A DNA stretch of 64,000 nt from Raillietiella orientalis (Eukaryota), in contig JAYWIR010000010.1 in the NCBI GenBank assembly GCA_036172245.1, positions 2,418,001-2,482,000 on the forward strand. Reading direction: 5' to 3'. Made by a program: the position numbers and the translations under genes. The notes beneath the pieces are model-generated. The model was not told where the DNA came from, searched no databases, and worked only from the letters and a program-made list of their open reading frames with translations. Shown here piece by piece: positions 26,001-37,728 of the stretch. Each line of letters opens with the position of its first letter. Positions within the stretch are counted from its first letter, which is position 1.

Positions 26001-29000
26001 TTCCAGCAACAGAAAATTTCGTTTCCTGTGATATTGATGTTGAACATGATGGCAAATTGAATAATGCAGAAGGTAAAGAACATAAAAGTGGGTACATAAC
26101 GAAACAAGCTAACACCACATTTGAACGTGAACGAGCTAAGTCTGTTGGAAGTAAACCATCCTGGCGAACAACTTCTCTTGTAAATTTGTTCATGTCTCAC
26201 CCACTGCACGGTATGTTATCTTATCTGCGAAGTCTGTAATATATCCTGTATTCTAACCATTTTAGTTTATTTTTATTCTTTCAAATTTATAATACATTTA
26301 ATTAAAGATTGATGGTATTCTTAGTGGTACAAAGAAAAATGCATACAAATTTATTTTTACATTCATTATATTTACTAGGATATAAAGGAATACAAATCAA
26401 CACCGCGAATAATGGGTCTACATCATCTACCCAATTTGCATCTAATTCTTCCCCTCAGAAAGATGTGCCTATTGAATTGAAAATTGTTTCTAGGAATTTA
26501 TCTCGTGGTTCAAAATGTAAACAGTTTTCAAATTCTTAAACTTTCCGTTTATTTTCCTTCCACTTTCCTTTCATTAGGTTTTTATGATTTTTATTATAGT
26601 AATGATCCTGTTGAATATTATTTTCTGATACCCTGAGAAATTTGATCAGCACGTGTCTAGCATTATATCAAAGCATTATTTACAAATGCGTATTCAGATG
26701 TGAAATTCTGATATTTCGTTATTCATTCATATTAATTTTGTTTACTATGTGCAATAATATAATATTGTAAGTAATTGCATGTAATTTTTGAATTGCGGCT
26801 TTAATGAAGATCATGGAAATATTTCTGTCCAAGGTCTGTATGCTTTTTTCAAAATAATAGAATGGTTTATTTTCAACAGCATTTTAGACTGTCATAGCAT
26901 TTGAAGGTGTTGTTATACGATTATTATTAATTGCATTAGTTTCCTAATTATTATCACCATTGAACACTTATCAGAAGTATTTGTTTCAGAATGTATTGCT
27001 TTCATTTAAATGCTTTCATTGAATTTTTTTTTTTCAAGGGTTTCTCAAAAGTAAGCGAGAAAGAAAAGAAAAGGGGGGAGAAATCGAGAATAACCTTGAA
27101 GAATTACGGTAAGTTTCCATTTGATTTTTCTATGGAAATGCTCATTTCTTGAGAGCACAGCAAGGGAGATTGGCAAGAAGGAATGTTGCATAATGCACCC
27201 CAATCTGCTGGGCAGAGCATGTTAACTACTTACCCAATTCTGAATCCACAACCAAAAGCGTCTGTAATAGCTGCCTTTGATTCAAGTTCAGATTATGATT
27301 CTGGTGAGAAAATAATCACAGTTAGATATGTGAAAGAACTTTGGTTGAAGATGAAGATAAAGATCCCAAGATACATGTGAAAATTAACCCACTATCTGGA
27401 AGTGCAAATATCAGTGCTAGTGTAGACGAATTACGAGATGCTGTTGAAACTTGGAGCAAAACACCTGTTTTTTCTACAGTAATATTATTTTCAATCAGTT
27501 AACTATACACAATGAATGTTGTAGACACAGAGAAAAGCACCTGTCAAAGATGGAATAACGAATGTCATAAAAAGATCTCAGTCTTCCATCGAGCAAGCAG
27601 AAAAACGGTTAGTTAAGGGAATATACGTAAATCAAATAATTGTTTTACTTTGAAACATAGTGATGGAGATTTGTTTACTCCCAGTGATTTAGTGAATTCT
27701 ACAAGCAATATTAAAACAGAGAATTCTCCTGTTTCATTACGTAATTGCAAAAAGAAAGTATTTTTATTCCTGTTTTAGATGTATCCTTTTCAGAACCTTC
27801 TGAAGTTCCACCTTTGCTTCCTCCAAAACAAAATGTCCATCCTGGAACACCTGTACAAGGGTTAATAGCTATCCCACGCCCTGTCTCTGGTAAAGATAAT
27901 CAGGTAATTATTATACATGCTTGTGAAATAAGGAAGCGCAATTTGATTTTTTAGGTAACTTCCAAGATATCTAATCAGCATGAATTTTCCCACAATCTTT
28001 CTTCAACATCATTGCCTAATAAATCAAATAACAGTATTCCTGTTGCCATATTCTTCCAAGAAGTAGTTGATGCAGTGTTTAAAGGAGCGGACGAGAAATT
28101 GTAAGTCGGGCGTTGAGCACTACTTATAAAGTCATTGTTTTCAGTTGTTCAGTGAAACAAACAGGCGAAGTTCGAGTTTCTTTTCCTGTTGGTATTTTAC
28201 AAACATATATTAGTAACTCCTATCTGCCACAGCTGACATTTCGTGTTAAAAACGTTGAAAAGTTGGAAAGCATTTTAGCAAATCTTCAGTTTATATCTTT
28301 GTGAGGCATTTTGCAGTATTCTGCTTCGGTGTAATAGATGTAACTTTTAGAGACGTGCAGCATAGTCTTTCAGGGGTTCAAGTCTATAATTTCAACATGC
28401 ACGCTTTGTATGCGGCATTACAAAAGAAGTTGCAGCAAAGTCAATATGTTCCGTATTTTACAGTAGAAATTTTAAAATATCAAATTCGCTGTAAATCAGG
28501 AGCAAGCTCAGCACCTTTACAGCTAGTCAACCATTGGAAATGTGAACCTTCTCATACAGATCTTCGTGTTGATTATAAATACAATGTGCATGCTTTTGCT
28601 ACACCTGCTTCTCTGCTTAGTGTTGCCTTCCTTGTACCTATAGATGGTGATGTAATCAGTATGGTATCATTGCCAGCTGGTGAATGGTAAGTTTCGTTAT
28701 TGACTGTTTGTACTCATTGACCACAGGCGACCAGAGACATTAAGAGCTAGTTGGATATTTCCAAAAATCTCACCTGAGACAGAGAAGGATGGTATTGGTT
28801 CAATAAAAGCAAAATTTTTAGTTCGCCATGGACCTACAACTCCAAGCACAATTCAATTACGTTTTCATTGTGAAGGAAGTACATTATCTGGTGCTGAATT
28901 TCAATTAATATCATCTGAATATCATCTTTCTTTAGTGAAGCAAAGATTCATTAGTGGTGAGTTACAGATTGTCTCAATAAACCTAGAATAATTTACATGT

Positions 29001-29070
29001 AGGAACATATGTTTGTGAACCAGAAGATGCTTCTAACCATTATGCTGTTCCTCCAAGTATCAGCTCTTGA
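17010..29070 (+). CDS. FCHO2: FCHo1/2-like F-BAR domain-only protein (F-BAR plus mu-homology domain), 20 coding exons
   Basis: Exons 17010-17039, 17594-17685, 17825-17921, 23674-23793, 25285-25542, 25587-25685, 25828-25924, 25971-26210, 26379-26516, 27039-27108, 27161-27303, 27351-27478, 27525-27607, 27661-27740, 27779-27903, 27955-28100, 28145-28300, 28351-28686, 28727-28956, 29003-29070 join in frame. Motifs: FSDHFWGDKYSGFNILYQN, SASVDELR, WKCEPSHTDLRVDYKYN, EGSTLSG..SLVKQRF. The symbol denotes the family, not a one-to-one ortholog. Confidence 0.92.
18050..18800 (-). mobile_element. Highly decayed RTE-like LINE (AP-endonuclease) fragment in FCHo intron 3
   Basis: IVIEKSTEKVVINKLQVLRVIFCIRVKL resembles the RTE endonuclease V..V..VSDRIIxVKL region; GLEVA..KINF and LIRKR follow in order. 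Confidence 0.35.
20440..23030 (-). mobile_element. Decayed RTE-like LINE (endonuclease, RT, 3' end), interrupted by a foldback insertion
   Basis: LITIVGYH and NPKV (cf. YAPT, DFNAKVG) near 22800-22980; QNYKNETEILL..YESKRGIEDIRQAL (cf. NYRGISLL..GFRxxRGTxDQIFAL) at 21967-22221; KNHWRHMGGLC (cf. WRxxVxxLC, RTE C-terminus) at 20466. Confidence 0.55.
20909..21216. repeat. Long imperfect inverted repeat (arms 20909-21025 and 21101-21216, 75-nt spacer); MITE/foldback-like
   Basis: The reverse complement of the right arm aligns along the whole left arm, e.g. TTTATGCAGTTTTCT, TTTTTTTGCAAT, CCAGTATTTATAAATTTAATT, CAAGTGAAT. Confidence 0.85.
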
Positions 29071-29899
29071 AACTAAGTTAATAACAGGTCATTCATGTGT
29101 GTTTTTCTATATATAAATTTATACTATGCAATATTTCTATGTAATATTCTATATAATATCAATGAGAAATAATGTATGATCACAGCAATCATTTTATCTG
29201 TGTTTTAAGTGTGTTTTGAACAACCAAAGTTAGTTACTGTTTTAATAGTATATTGAATGAAAATTAATTCACTGAGTGCTGCATTATCAAAAACTTGAAA
29301 TAATTTGTAGATTTTTTCCAAGAATATAATTACTGGGAGTATTCAGAATGTCAAAAGAAGTCAAAAACTGAAAGGCAACAGTCTTAATTTATGGTGCATT
29401 CCATAGCTCTTACTAATGAAGCTCACACCCATGGGAGATACGATAGTTTTAAAATGAATTTATTTTCTCGTGACTGTTTGTAGCACTTGGTTTTAATTTG
29501 TTTTGTGCAATGATTCTAAAAGAAAAAACATAAATTAATATTTTAAGATGTAAGCATTGTATGGTTTGTCAATGAAAAGAGTTTCAATGTTCTCAAATTT
29601 GACTTATAAAACTGCCAATTCAATCCAACTGAAGAATAATTTCATGCAAGAATGACGAGGAAACAAGAGTTAGGGTGCAATTATCACATTCACCAATTTC
29701 AGGAGAGTCGTTATAAACACTGATTTCTTATACTCAGTGAAGAAGCAAAAAAAAAATGTTTTCCATAAATGAATCAAAATGATGCCACAAAAAATCCACG
29801 GGTTTACGAAGTTAGTTAGGTGCAGAAAATCGATGAAAAATCAAATTAAAAAAAAAGTGGAATCGATCGTATGATGCATTAAAGAAGAGAGATCTTCAA

Positions 29900-31800
29900 C
29901 ACAGACTTCCAATAGTAGCCAAAGAAAAAGAAAAATGTCTTAAGCAGGTGTCGGATCTTGGGTTACAGGTAAGTATGCAAAAGTCCAGAAACGGAGGATC
30001 AAAAGATTTGGAAACAGAGCGTCCTCGTTGTTGTTTTTTGACAGCTTACATGTCAATTTGTGCAACAGCTTTGCGAACCCCTTCCGGTCGTCTTCGAAGA
30101 AGAAGACTCCGCCCTCCTGAAGTTCAAGAAAGGCATCCGTATTGAGCACTCATCGTCGCATTTCTGTCACAATTTCCGTACGATACGCGCGCAGATGTAT
30201 CATTAAAAGACGGAAACGGTATTTGAGCGACGCCTCCCCTCCTCACTAAAAGAGGGGAAAAACGGAATTCCTAACCCCGCTTAAGGTTGGGGGAATGTGT
30301 ACTGCAATCTCAGGTGTGACCCCGTGGGATAATTGGACTCTGTCCCGCACGGGATTAGTGATGAGATACTTATAGTAATAGTAGTGTGATGCAGACCAGA
30401 CCATACACGAAAGGGAACTTAGCTGGAGTGTGATTTTCTTTTCTTTGGTCAGGGATGGGAGTGTATTCGCGTTCCTCCTTCGTCGCACTTCTTTGGTTTT
30501 AGACCGTTCGTTTCGTGAAATCGTACCACTTAAATCAAAAGGTAGGGGGATGAGTTTTCTGCGTGCGTCAAGATGAGCTCTCACTATGCAAGCTCCCGGA
30601 CACTCATCCCAGGAATCCTTTCCCGTGTGCTGCTTCCAATGTTAACTTGTTGTTGTTAATTTTCCTGATTTTCCCGGAAAACCGGGACCAAGCAGTGCAA
30701 GAACGAGCATCGTGGGGGGGCTCCGTGAAGTAGGCCGTCTTTCATGGTTTCGTGCCCCTCACGAGTTCAGTTCTGTAGTAGTAGTAGTGCCCTAATTCTC
30801 TGGGTTTCCCTTTTTCCTTTTTTTTAAAAAAAAAAAGGAAACAAATTTCACCGCATGCACGTGCGTTTTCGGTTTTTAAGGCTTTAAGAATCCGCTCCTG
30901 CAGTGTCATTTTCGAAGCTCTTTCCTTTCGTGGATGTCGGGATGTGCTCAGCTAAGGTGATGCCTGAACGTGTCGAATAACTTCCCTTGAAACTTACGTT
31001 CAGTTTTCCTTCGCGTGTAAAAAGGCCCAACGAGCCTTGTTTTAAACTGATTTTTTTTTTTTTTTTAAATATGCTAGGTAGCTTTAACGATTCACTATAT
31101 TCAAGGAAACGGAGCATATTGGTATTATGAAATCGAGATATTGTAACATCCCGGTCCTCATATTCCAACTCACCATTTGGGTTCATCCTCGGATTTTGGT
31201 TTTAAGTAGGTTGTGCTATTTTCCTACAAGGCCATGATTACGTTTACTAATCCGTTTAATAAGTTGGCAGTAATAATTAAAGGTACTCCTTCATTAGCTT
31301 CGCCCCTGTACAAAGGATTTCCTTTCGAGCGATTTCTCGTCGAATCAACCACGGAATGAAATGCTTTCTTTATAATTCGTACTCAAATGGTCAGATGCTA
31401 ACGTGAGTGTGTCTATGCAGGTGAAGGAAGCGGCGTACCTCGGAACTCGTAGCCGTGCAACCACAGGTTGGGACTTCGGAAGGATGGGCATCTTGAAGCC
31501 ATCAGATGCTTGCAAAGACTGTCAGAAGAATGTTTCACTTGGAAATGCGTTCATCCCATAACAGTATACGTTCATCCATTCATAGTGCGTGTCTTATTGG
31601 CATGTGTGTAAATTACCCGAAAAGCGAATATACGCTCTGCACATGGTTGGTATTCCTGGTTATTTTCCCGACGACTCCAGATGGAATCAGGGATACCATC
31701 AGATAATAAAAGCGTCACTTTCAAGAACCCATTGCTGAATAGTGGTTCTGTTCCTCACAGTTGCCTCACTATAGTAAAACATGGGCATTAAAAAAAAAAT
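29900..31800 (-). mobile_element. Decayed BEL/Pao pol (RNase H to integrase) relic
   Basis: In order on the minus strand: MASRC..LWLHGYEF (cf. ASRG..LWWHGPEF), NPNGEL..LEYSESLKLPSI (cf. DxxGLLR..KHPII), MVWSASH, AVHIPP. Confidence 0.5.
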
Positions 31801-32399
31801 AGGCATATGGGTAATGAACGTTTGTACGTCACCTTATGGAGACAAGATTTTAATTTTATAATTGAGAAGTTGAGTGCTACTGGTGTATATGATATAAAGA
31901 ATGAATTATATAGCCTTTGTAAACTTTTCACGGTGCAGTGTGCACATCATTGGAGTTTCTTACGTAACTTCCGAGACCTATTAGTAGTAATCACAAAAAG
32001 AATTGTTCAAATTACGCTGCTTAAGCCATGAGTATTTTGGATTTTTAAATGAGAAATTTATGTTGTCTCTCATTCAGTTATAATAATTGATATCTGCACA
32101 CGTGAGACGACTACGCAGCGTACAGTTCGTGGCCCGTTAGTTATCCACTAAAGTGTGGCATCCCTGACCCACTCCAAGATAATATTCTCAAATAGTGTTT
32201 ACTTAAGTTTCCAGATTTTGACGAGGGTTCAGCCTCTTAGAGAGAAATTGGCTTGCCACATTGATTTCTTTTCTTTTTTTTAAAAAAAAAAAAAACGTAT
32301 TTGGTTCGCTCAAGCTTACCGCAACATGTGAAAAAGTTGCTTTACTAAATGTCATTGAGGTTATGTTGTCGATTTACTGTTCAACCGTATACTCTTTTC

Positions 32400-33100
32400 C
32401 AAGTGTGATTCACATTTTATGCCATCACTTACAATTTGATGGCGGTGCCCACGTTGAGAGCGCGCCTTTGAAACACTCTTGTACCATTACTTCCGATGTG
32501 ACCACTGACGGACTCGGCCCTCCCCTGACTTTCCTTTCTGGTCCAGACAATGCGTTAATAAAACAGGGAAAGGTCGAGTTCGTCAGAGTGATCACATTAG
32601 AAGTAGTGGTACAAGAGTGTTTGTTTCCCTTCTAGTGCTTCGATATCCAGTCAATGAACAGTTGTATTAGAGGAATGTATTTCATCAGAGCAGTTTGTGA
32701 TCACTGCTGAAAGAAAATACCGTGTGAAAATACTCCTTACTTTGCATTCCAAACCTTTCAACTTTTACCACCTGCGTTTTCCATGCCTCAAGGTTGAAGT
32801 CTCGGCTTCCTTAACACTACATAAAGTTCAAATACCTTTTTGAAAATTCTTTAGACTGACTGCATAACACAAAAAAACGGTTTCTAAGGAATTCAGGTGA
32901 CAAATGAAAAAGAAGGAAAACTCCGATACTTCAGTCGCGATGGCGTAATCCAGCATCTTCATGAGCCAGTTTGATAGCTTGTAGTAAGTCACTGACAAAA
33001 AGCAGTTCTTAGAAAAATTTGCGGAGAAATCGGCTGCAGAAAGTTACAAATTCTTGACGATTTAAGTCCTGGAATTCTTGTCACCACAATGTGAGAATGG
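32400..33100 (-). mobile_element. BEL/Pao integrase C-terminal relic
   Basis: LSGPERKVRG (cf. PGxDGKVRxA at the end of DUF5641) near 32520-32550; SD-like catalytic region near 32990. Confidence 0.45.
32471..32622. repeat. Inverted repeat, arms 32471-32527 and 32564-32622, 36-nt spacer
   Basis: Left arm AAACACTCTTGTACCATTACTTCCGATGTGACCACTGACGGACTCGGCCCTCCCCTG; right arm reverse complement AAACACTCTTGTACCACTACTTCTAATGTGATCACTCTGACGAACTCGACCTTTCCCTG. Confidence 0.88.
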
Positions 33101-33384
33101 ACTTGCAAATTTCAGTCCAAAACCAATTCTTGCATTCAACTAATGGTGAATGCCTTAGATTTGATTAAAGATTGTACAAATACCTCTTTGGAGGGTTATA
33201 TCAATGATGCATTTGCTTTATTATTCAAACTGCAGAAAGTTTCCTGCAATTGTTAAATTTGCTTAAACTACATTCACTGCATTTGCTGGGCATAGATGTG
33301 TTACCTATGCATATTATATCAACTTTCCTTGGCAATCAGAGACTACAATTTGCACATGGGTGTGAGCCTTCATCTCCAACTATT

Positions 33385-34098
33385 TTAATAGGGGTGAGGC
33401 TTATCATCTTTTAAAATGGTATAGTCATGAAAAGGATAGGTAGTTGGTGCCAACAGTTTTGGAGGAGAACTGGAGCGGAAGAATAAGTTGATCCCACGAT
33501 CATTAGCATATTTTTTAGCACATGCAAATATGGAAACAAAAAACCAGTACTGTACTGCTGTTACAGGAGCTTTACCTAAAAAGAATTTCAATTAATTGTG
33601 ACTTATTTTGTATTTGATTTCCACCTAGATTAAATGTACATTTTTCAACTCTAGAAACTTGATCCACTTACAGTATCTGGATACTACAAAAGCTGAAGCT
33701 GTTGTTCCAGATATTTGATTAAAAAAATCATCCTTTCCTCGTATGCTGCTAACAGAACATGTCACTGTAGCATAAACACTAGCTACAGCAACTAGTGGAA
33801 ATGCAATTCGTGCTACTCTAGATAAAGTAGCAAAAGGATCAGAAGGAAAAGGACTTCTTAGCAAACAGTCACATATACCCAAATGAACACCTACAAATGT
33901 ATAACACATAACCTGTTTTACTTTCACTTTTTTTTACAAACCAAGTGCTGTGGAAAACTTTGTCATCCACCACCATTTCTTAAGACAGTCTTGCCCATCA
34001 GGTGTATCATAGTACCAGTAGTCGGGTGAAAAGACTGCTTTATGAAAGCGGTTTGGTTTCTGTCCCTCAGTTAACCCAAACCTTTCTATTCTTGGCAT
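33385..34098 (-). CDS. NDUFA11: NADH dehydrogenase 1 alpha subcomplex subunit 11 (Tim17-like), 3 exons
   Basis: Exons 34098-33942, 33890-33672, 33575-33385 join in frame. YYDTPDGQDCLKK and TCSVSSIRGKDDFFNQISG match NDUFA11 family motifs. Confidence 0.85.
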
Positions 34099-34979
34099 TT
34101 GCACAATCAATCTCTTACAGGGCTAGCTGCTACTGACACATTGGTATTTTTTTGCCTGAACCCAAGTCATACAGATATTCGGCTCGGCATGTGGAGCATT
34201 ATGCTTTTCAGCTGCCTTGTAAGGAATACTGGTTATTGCACACAGTGCACTTTAATAAACTGCAAAATTAATCATAATATTAAGTTACCTTGGATAAAAT
34301 TCTGAGCTCTACAAAATTTTAATTACAATAAACGCTCTGCAAAGGAAATTTCTTTCCGCTTAAACAGAACAAAATGCAAAATGTAAATTACAATACATGT
34401 AAAGAGTTCTGGAACCGAAAACATCTTTCTATAAACAGTTACATGGGTTATCCGTTTTAATGTTTAAATCTAGAGTGATCTAGATTTACCCTACCAACGC
34501 CTCCTCAGATGGGAATGCGAGAAAAAGGGCGTGCAATAATTACAATTCACGAAAACAAATGGCAACGAATGTAGGGAACAGCATAACAACCTGAACTTCC
34601 ATGATTCCAGGAAATGCATAACATCCGCACCGACTTCGTGGCGGGGGGGGGGGAATTTAACGTCCAGTAAAATTGGTAGCAAACAAGATATAAAAACGCT
34701 GGGTTAACGGTAATTTCTTTTTTTGATCTCATGCTGATGCACCTTATTCTCGCTTAGATAGCAAATTAATTCATCTTTTAAATAGTATGTCCAATCGAAG
34801 TACACATGCAAACGAACATTGGACATATTCACTCCAATTTGTGATGGCCACTGAATTAAAGAGGCGCTCCAAGGAAGTTTACCTGCCTCACATAAATATG
34901 TAATACGGATAACAATTACCAAATGCCTGCATAGTAAAGATACAATGGACTTTTCTCCAAAAGTCAACATTTAAGCAAT

Positions 34980-37000
34980 CCCGAAACAATAAAACTCCTG
35001 CAAGTGAAGCTGATTCTCCGGGATCAGTTATCATTTATTTGTGTGTTCCGGTGAGATTCTGATCCCAACCAATTAGCACAGCTGGTTTATACCTTATCAC
35101 CCAGTCTAGCTTAGTACTCATGTATCTTTTTTTCAATAAAACTCGATCACCTTTAGTCAGAAAGCATTTGATCCCTTTGGAAGAGAATGTGTGCTGGAGG
35201 ACCTTTAGCTAAAGGATCTTTACTTCACTAATTGCTCCAAACTCTACCAACAAGTATGCATCTCTAACCTTTCCATTGGTCTTTCTACGTTCATTTAGAT
35301 GCGCTAATATTTCAATATAATAATTACGGCATGGACGGAGAAAAAGATGCCTTTTAAAAAATAGGACACCCTAGTTCATTTATCGAGTTTCAAGTTTGCA
35401 GTCAATGAATTTCAACTGTCAATGAATTCCTAAGAAAATACTCCACTCTTTAGTTAAAGTGCTCTTTGTAATGTATGATGCATTTCTTTCCGTATCAATA
35501 ACGTTATTCCCCATAATAACGAATAGCTATCTCCAATTCTCATTGCAGTTTGAGTTATAACAAAGTAAACACGAAAGGTCTCCTTTCCAAAAATTTCTCC
35601 CTGAAATTGTAATAATATTTCTTATCAGCTTTCATGCAATATTTTTCAGTTATTATAGAGGATAGCTTCCTAATTTTTAGTTTCTTTTAAAACTGATATA
35701 CTATACAAGAAATACTGTTTAAGAAAACTGAGTTCTCTTAAATTCTTTCAGGTTCCTTTATATATATATATTTAGCTGATGACATTTGCAACTACTGCTT
35801 ACAAGGTGTTTTAGAACATGGATTTAGTTCCTTTTACTGATTTTGTTCGAATCATTAACAAAAGGACATTCTCGTTCCCTTTTATTCTCCTTAGTCCAAA
35901 TGTTCACTGATATCTATGTTTATTTCATTATATTAAAGCGTGCTAACAAGGATGCATCATTAGTTTGAAGTTTTCCTCCTCTTTTTTTTTTAATCCCTGT
36001 TTTCAAATTCTTTCCATGCTACCCAAAATTTCAAAATGCTCATTGCAAGAGATTCACAGCTTACGAACAAGATCCTAGTGATATTTACCCGATTCCATTT
36101 TTTTGAAAAAATTAGCATTAGTATGTCTTATATAAAACGAATCCATTCATGAGCTCTTAGAAATATCATTCACCATATAATTTAGATTCTCCATTTTCTG
36201 TTTATAACTGAATGTAATTCATCAGCTCCTGCAATTAAAAATGCTCAGCAGCTTTGAAAATGCAAATATGTCGGGATTTCCTTCGATTACTTATGGACCT
36301 TTTTCTTTATTCTGATCTTTCATAAAGTAGCATGAAATTAGTTTCTATTATGTTTTAAGGATCTGCATAAATACTATGATAATCCACTATAATGATTCTG
36401 TTTAAACTGTGAAATGAACGAAAATATCGAACTCTCATCTAATATCCAAAGACCGCTGAAAAATAATACCATACGAATTTTCTTCATCCAGTACTGGCTT
36501 CTAAGCTGCTCTAATTGAACCGTTTAACCGTTTCAAATGATTAAGATACGAAATCTATTAAAATCTAGATGAAATAAATGAAGCATATGGAACCTGCTAG
36601 AGCAATTCCTGTCCAGGTTGTAAAATAACTACTGTGCCCACATGTACTATTAAGTAAAAGGAAATAAGATTCAAGATATTTTGGTAATCATCACATTTAG
36701 GTATCCATCCTCCTTTGCCACCATCATATTTGACAATCACAGCAATGGCTGTGATTTTATTTTCGTATTTTGATGGACAATAAATACAATGGAGGCAAAA
36801 CGGAGGAAATGCTTCTGAAGAAACATTTGAAAGAAACTTCATTTCAGAAACTGATTTGAAATAATTTCTGTAATGAATTCACAAACCACCCAAGTAGAAA
36901 CCAAGCTCAGGAATAATGGGTCTGAAATAATCTGGATCAATATGAGATTTTTCATGTCCTAATTTCCGCTTATTAATACTCCGCATTTTAGATGCATGGA
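34980..37000 (-). mobile_element. Decayed BEL/Pao pol (RT, RNase H, integrase, DUF5641), condensed to about 2 kb
   Basis: In order: ENKITAIAVIVK..DDYQNIL (RT), DIFAFS (RNase H), W*HGKEF, HLVSSSCKCH (Zn finger), TLTKRVEYFLRNSLT (cf. TLLxEVEAILNSRPLT), LTKGDRVLLKK..LDW..IGWDQN (DUF5641). Confidence 0.65.
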
Positions 37001-37728
37001 TTCTGCTTTTGGTATACTGATCGCTTGGCGAATAGATTTTTCATTCGGGGATACGCATACATAGATTTTAAGCGCTTCATTTGCTTCTGCACGTTGCAGT
37101 ACAAAGAGCATTGAAGATCAAACTCGAACCCTCACTTGTAAATTCATTTGCATATTAACGTGAGCACTGTGCTATGCTTACCACTGCAGCAAGCGCTTTT
37201 ACAGAGCAAGACATCTTGTCAGTCATTTCTTACTTTGGATTCCCACAAAGCTTTACATTATCAAACATTGCAGATTCTATAGAATTCTATATGTTCACAA
37301 ATGTTGGGATTATTTCTAAATACAACTGAACTTAAGTGGATACTTTGCGGAGTAAAACCTGTTTTTTAAATTCCACAGTTCATACATAAAGCATCAATCA
37401 ATAAGTTTTAACATGAAATATGAAATCTTTAATGATAGGCACCCATCTTGTAATGAAAGATCTTAATGTTATGGCTCAAAACAATGATATTTTGCTTACA
37501 CCTTTTATGCTAATCAAACAACATATTGAAAATCTGTTCATGATTTGGAAATAAGTTTTAAACAAATTCATTACTTGCAAGATGAAAAATAATCACATTA
37601 GAATGTTCTACATGTAGTTTTTCAATTGAACTTTCATTTTTCAAGACATTCATAGACTTTCATAACTATTTATAAAATTATGTATTTCTATCTTTGCTAT
37701 TTTAAATAATTCATTACTGCAACAGATA

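Noticed and set aside
30300..30370. Hammerhead ribozyme or C/D snoRNA (GTGATGA after a GC-rich stem)
   Set aside because: No CTGATGA/GAAA core and no suitably spaced D box; the site lies within a TE relic.
36597..36986. ORF from ATG 36986 continuing in frame through a single TGA (36881-36879), suggesting selenocysteine or readthrough
   Set aside because: The frame matches BEL/Pao reverse transcriptase and is followed by many more stops and frameshifts, so decay explains the TGA.
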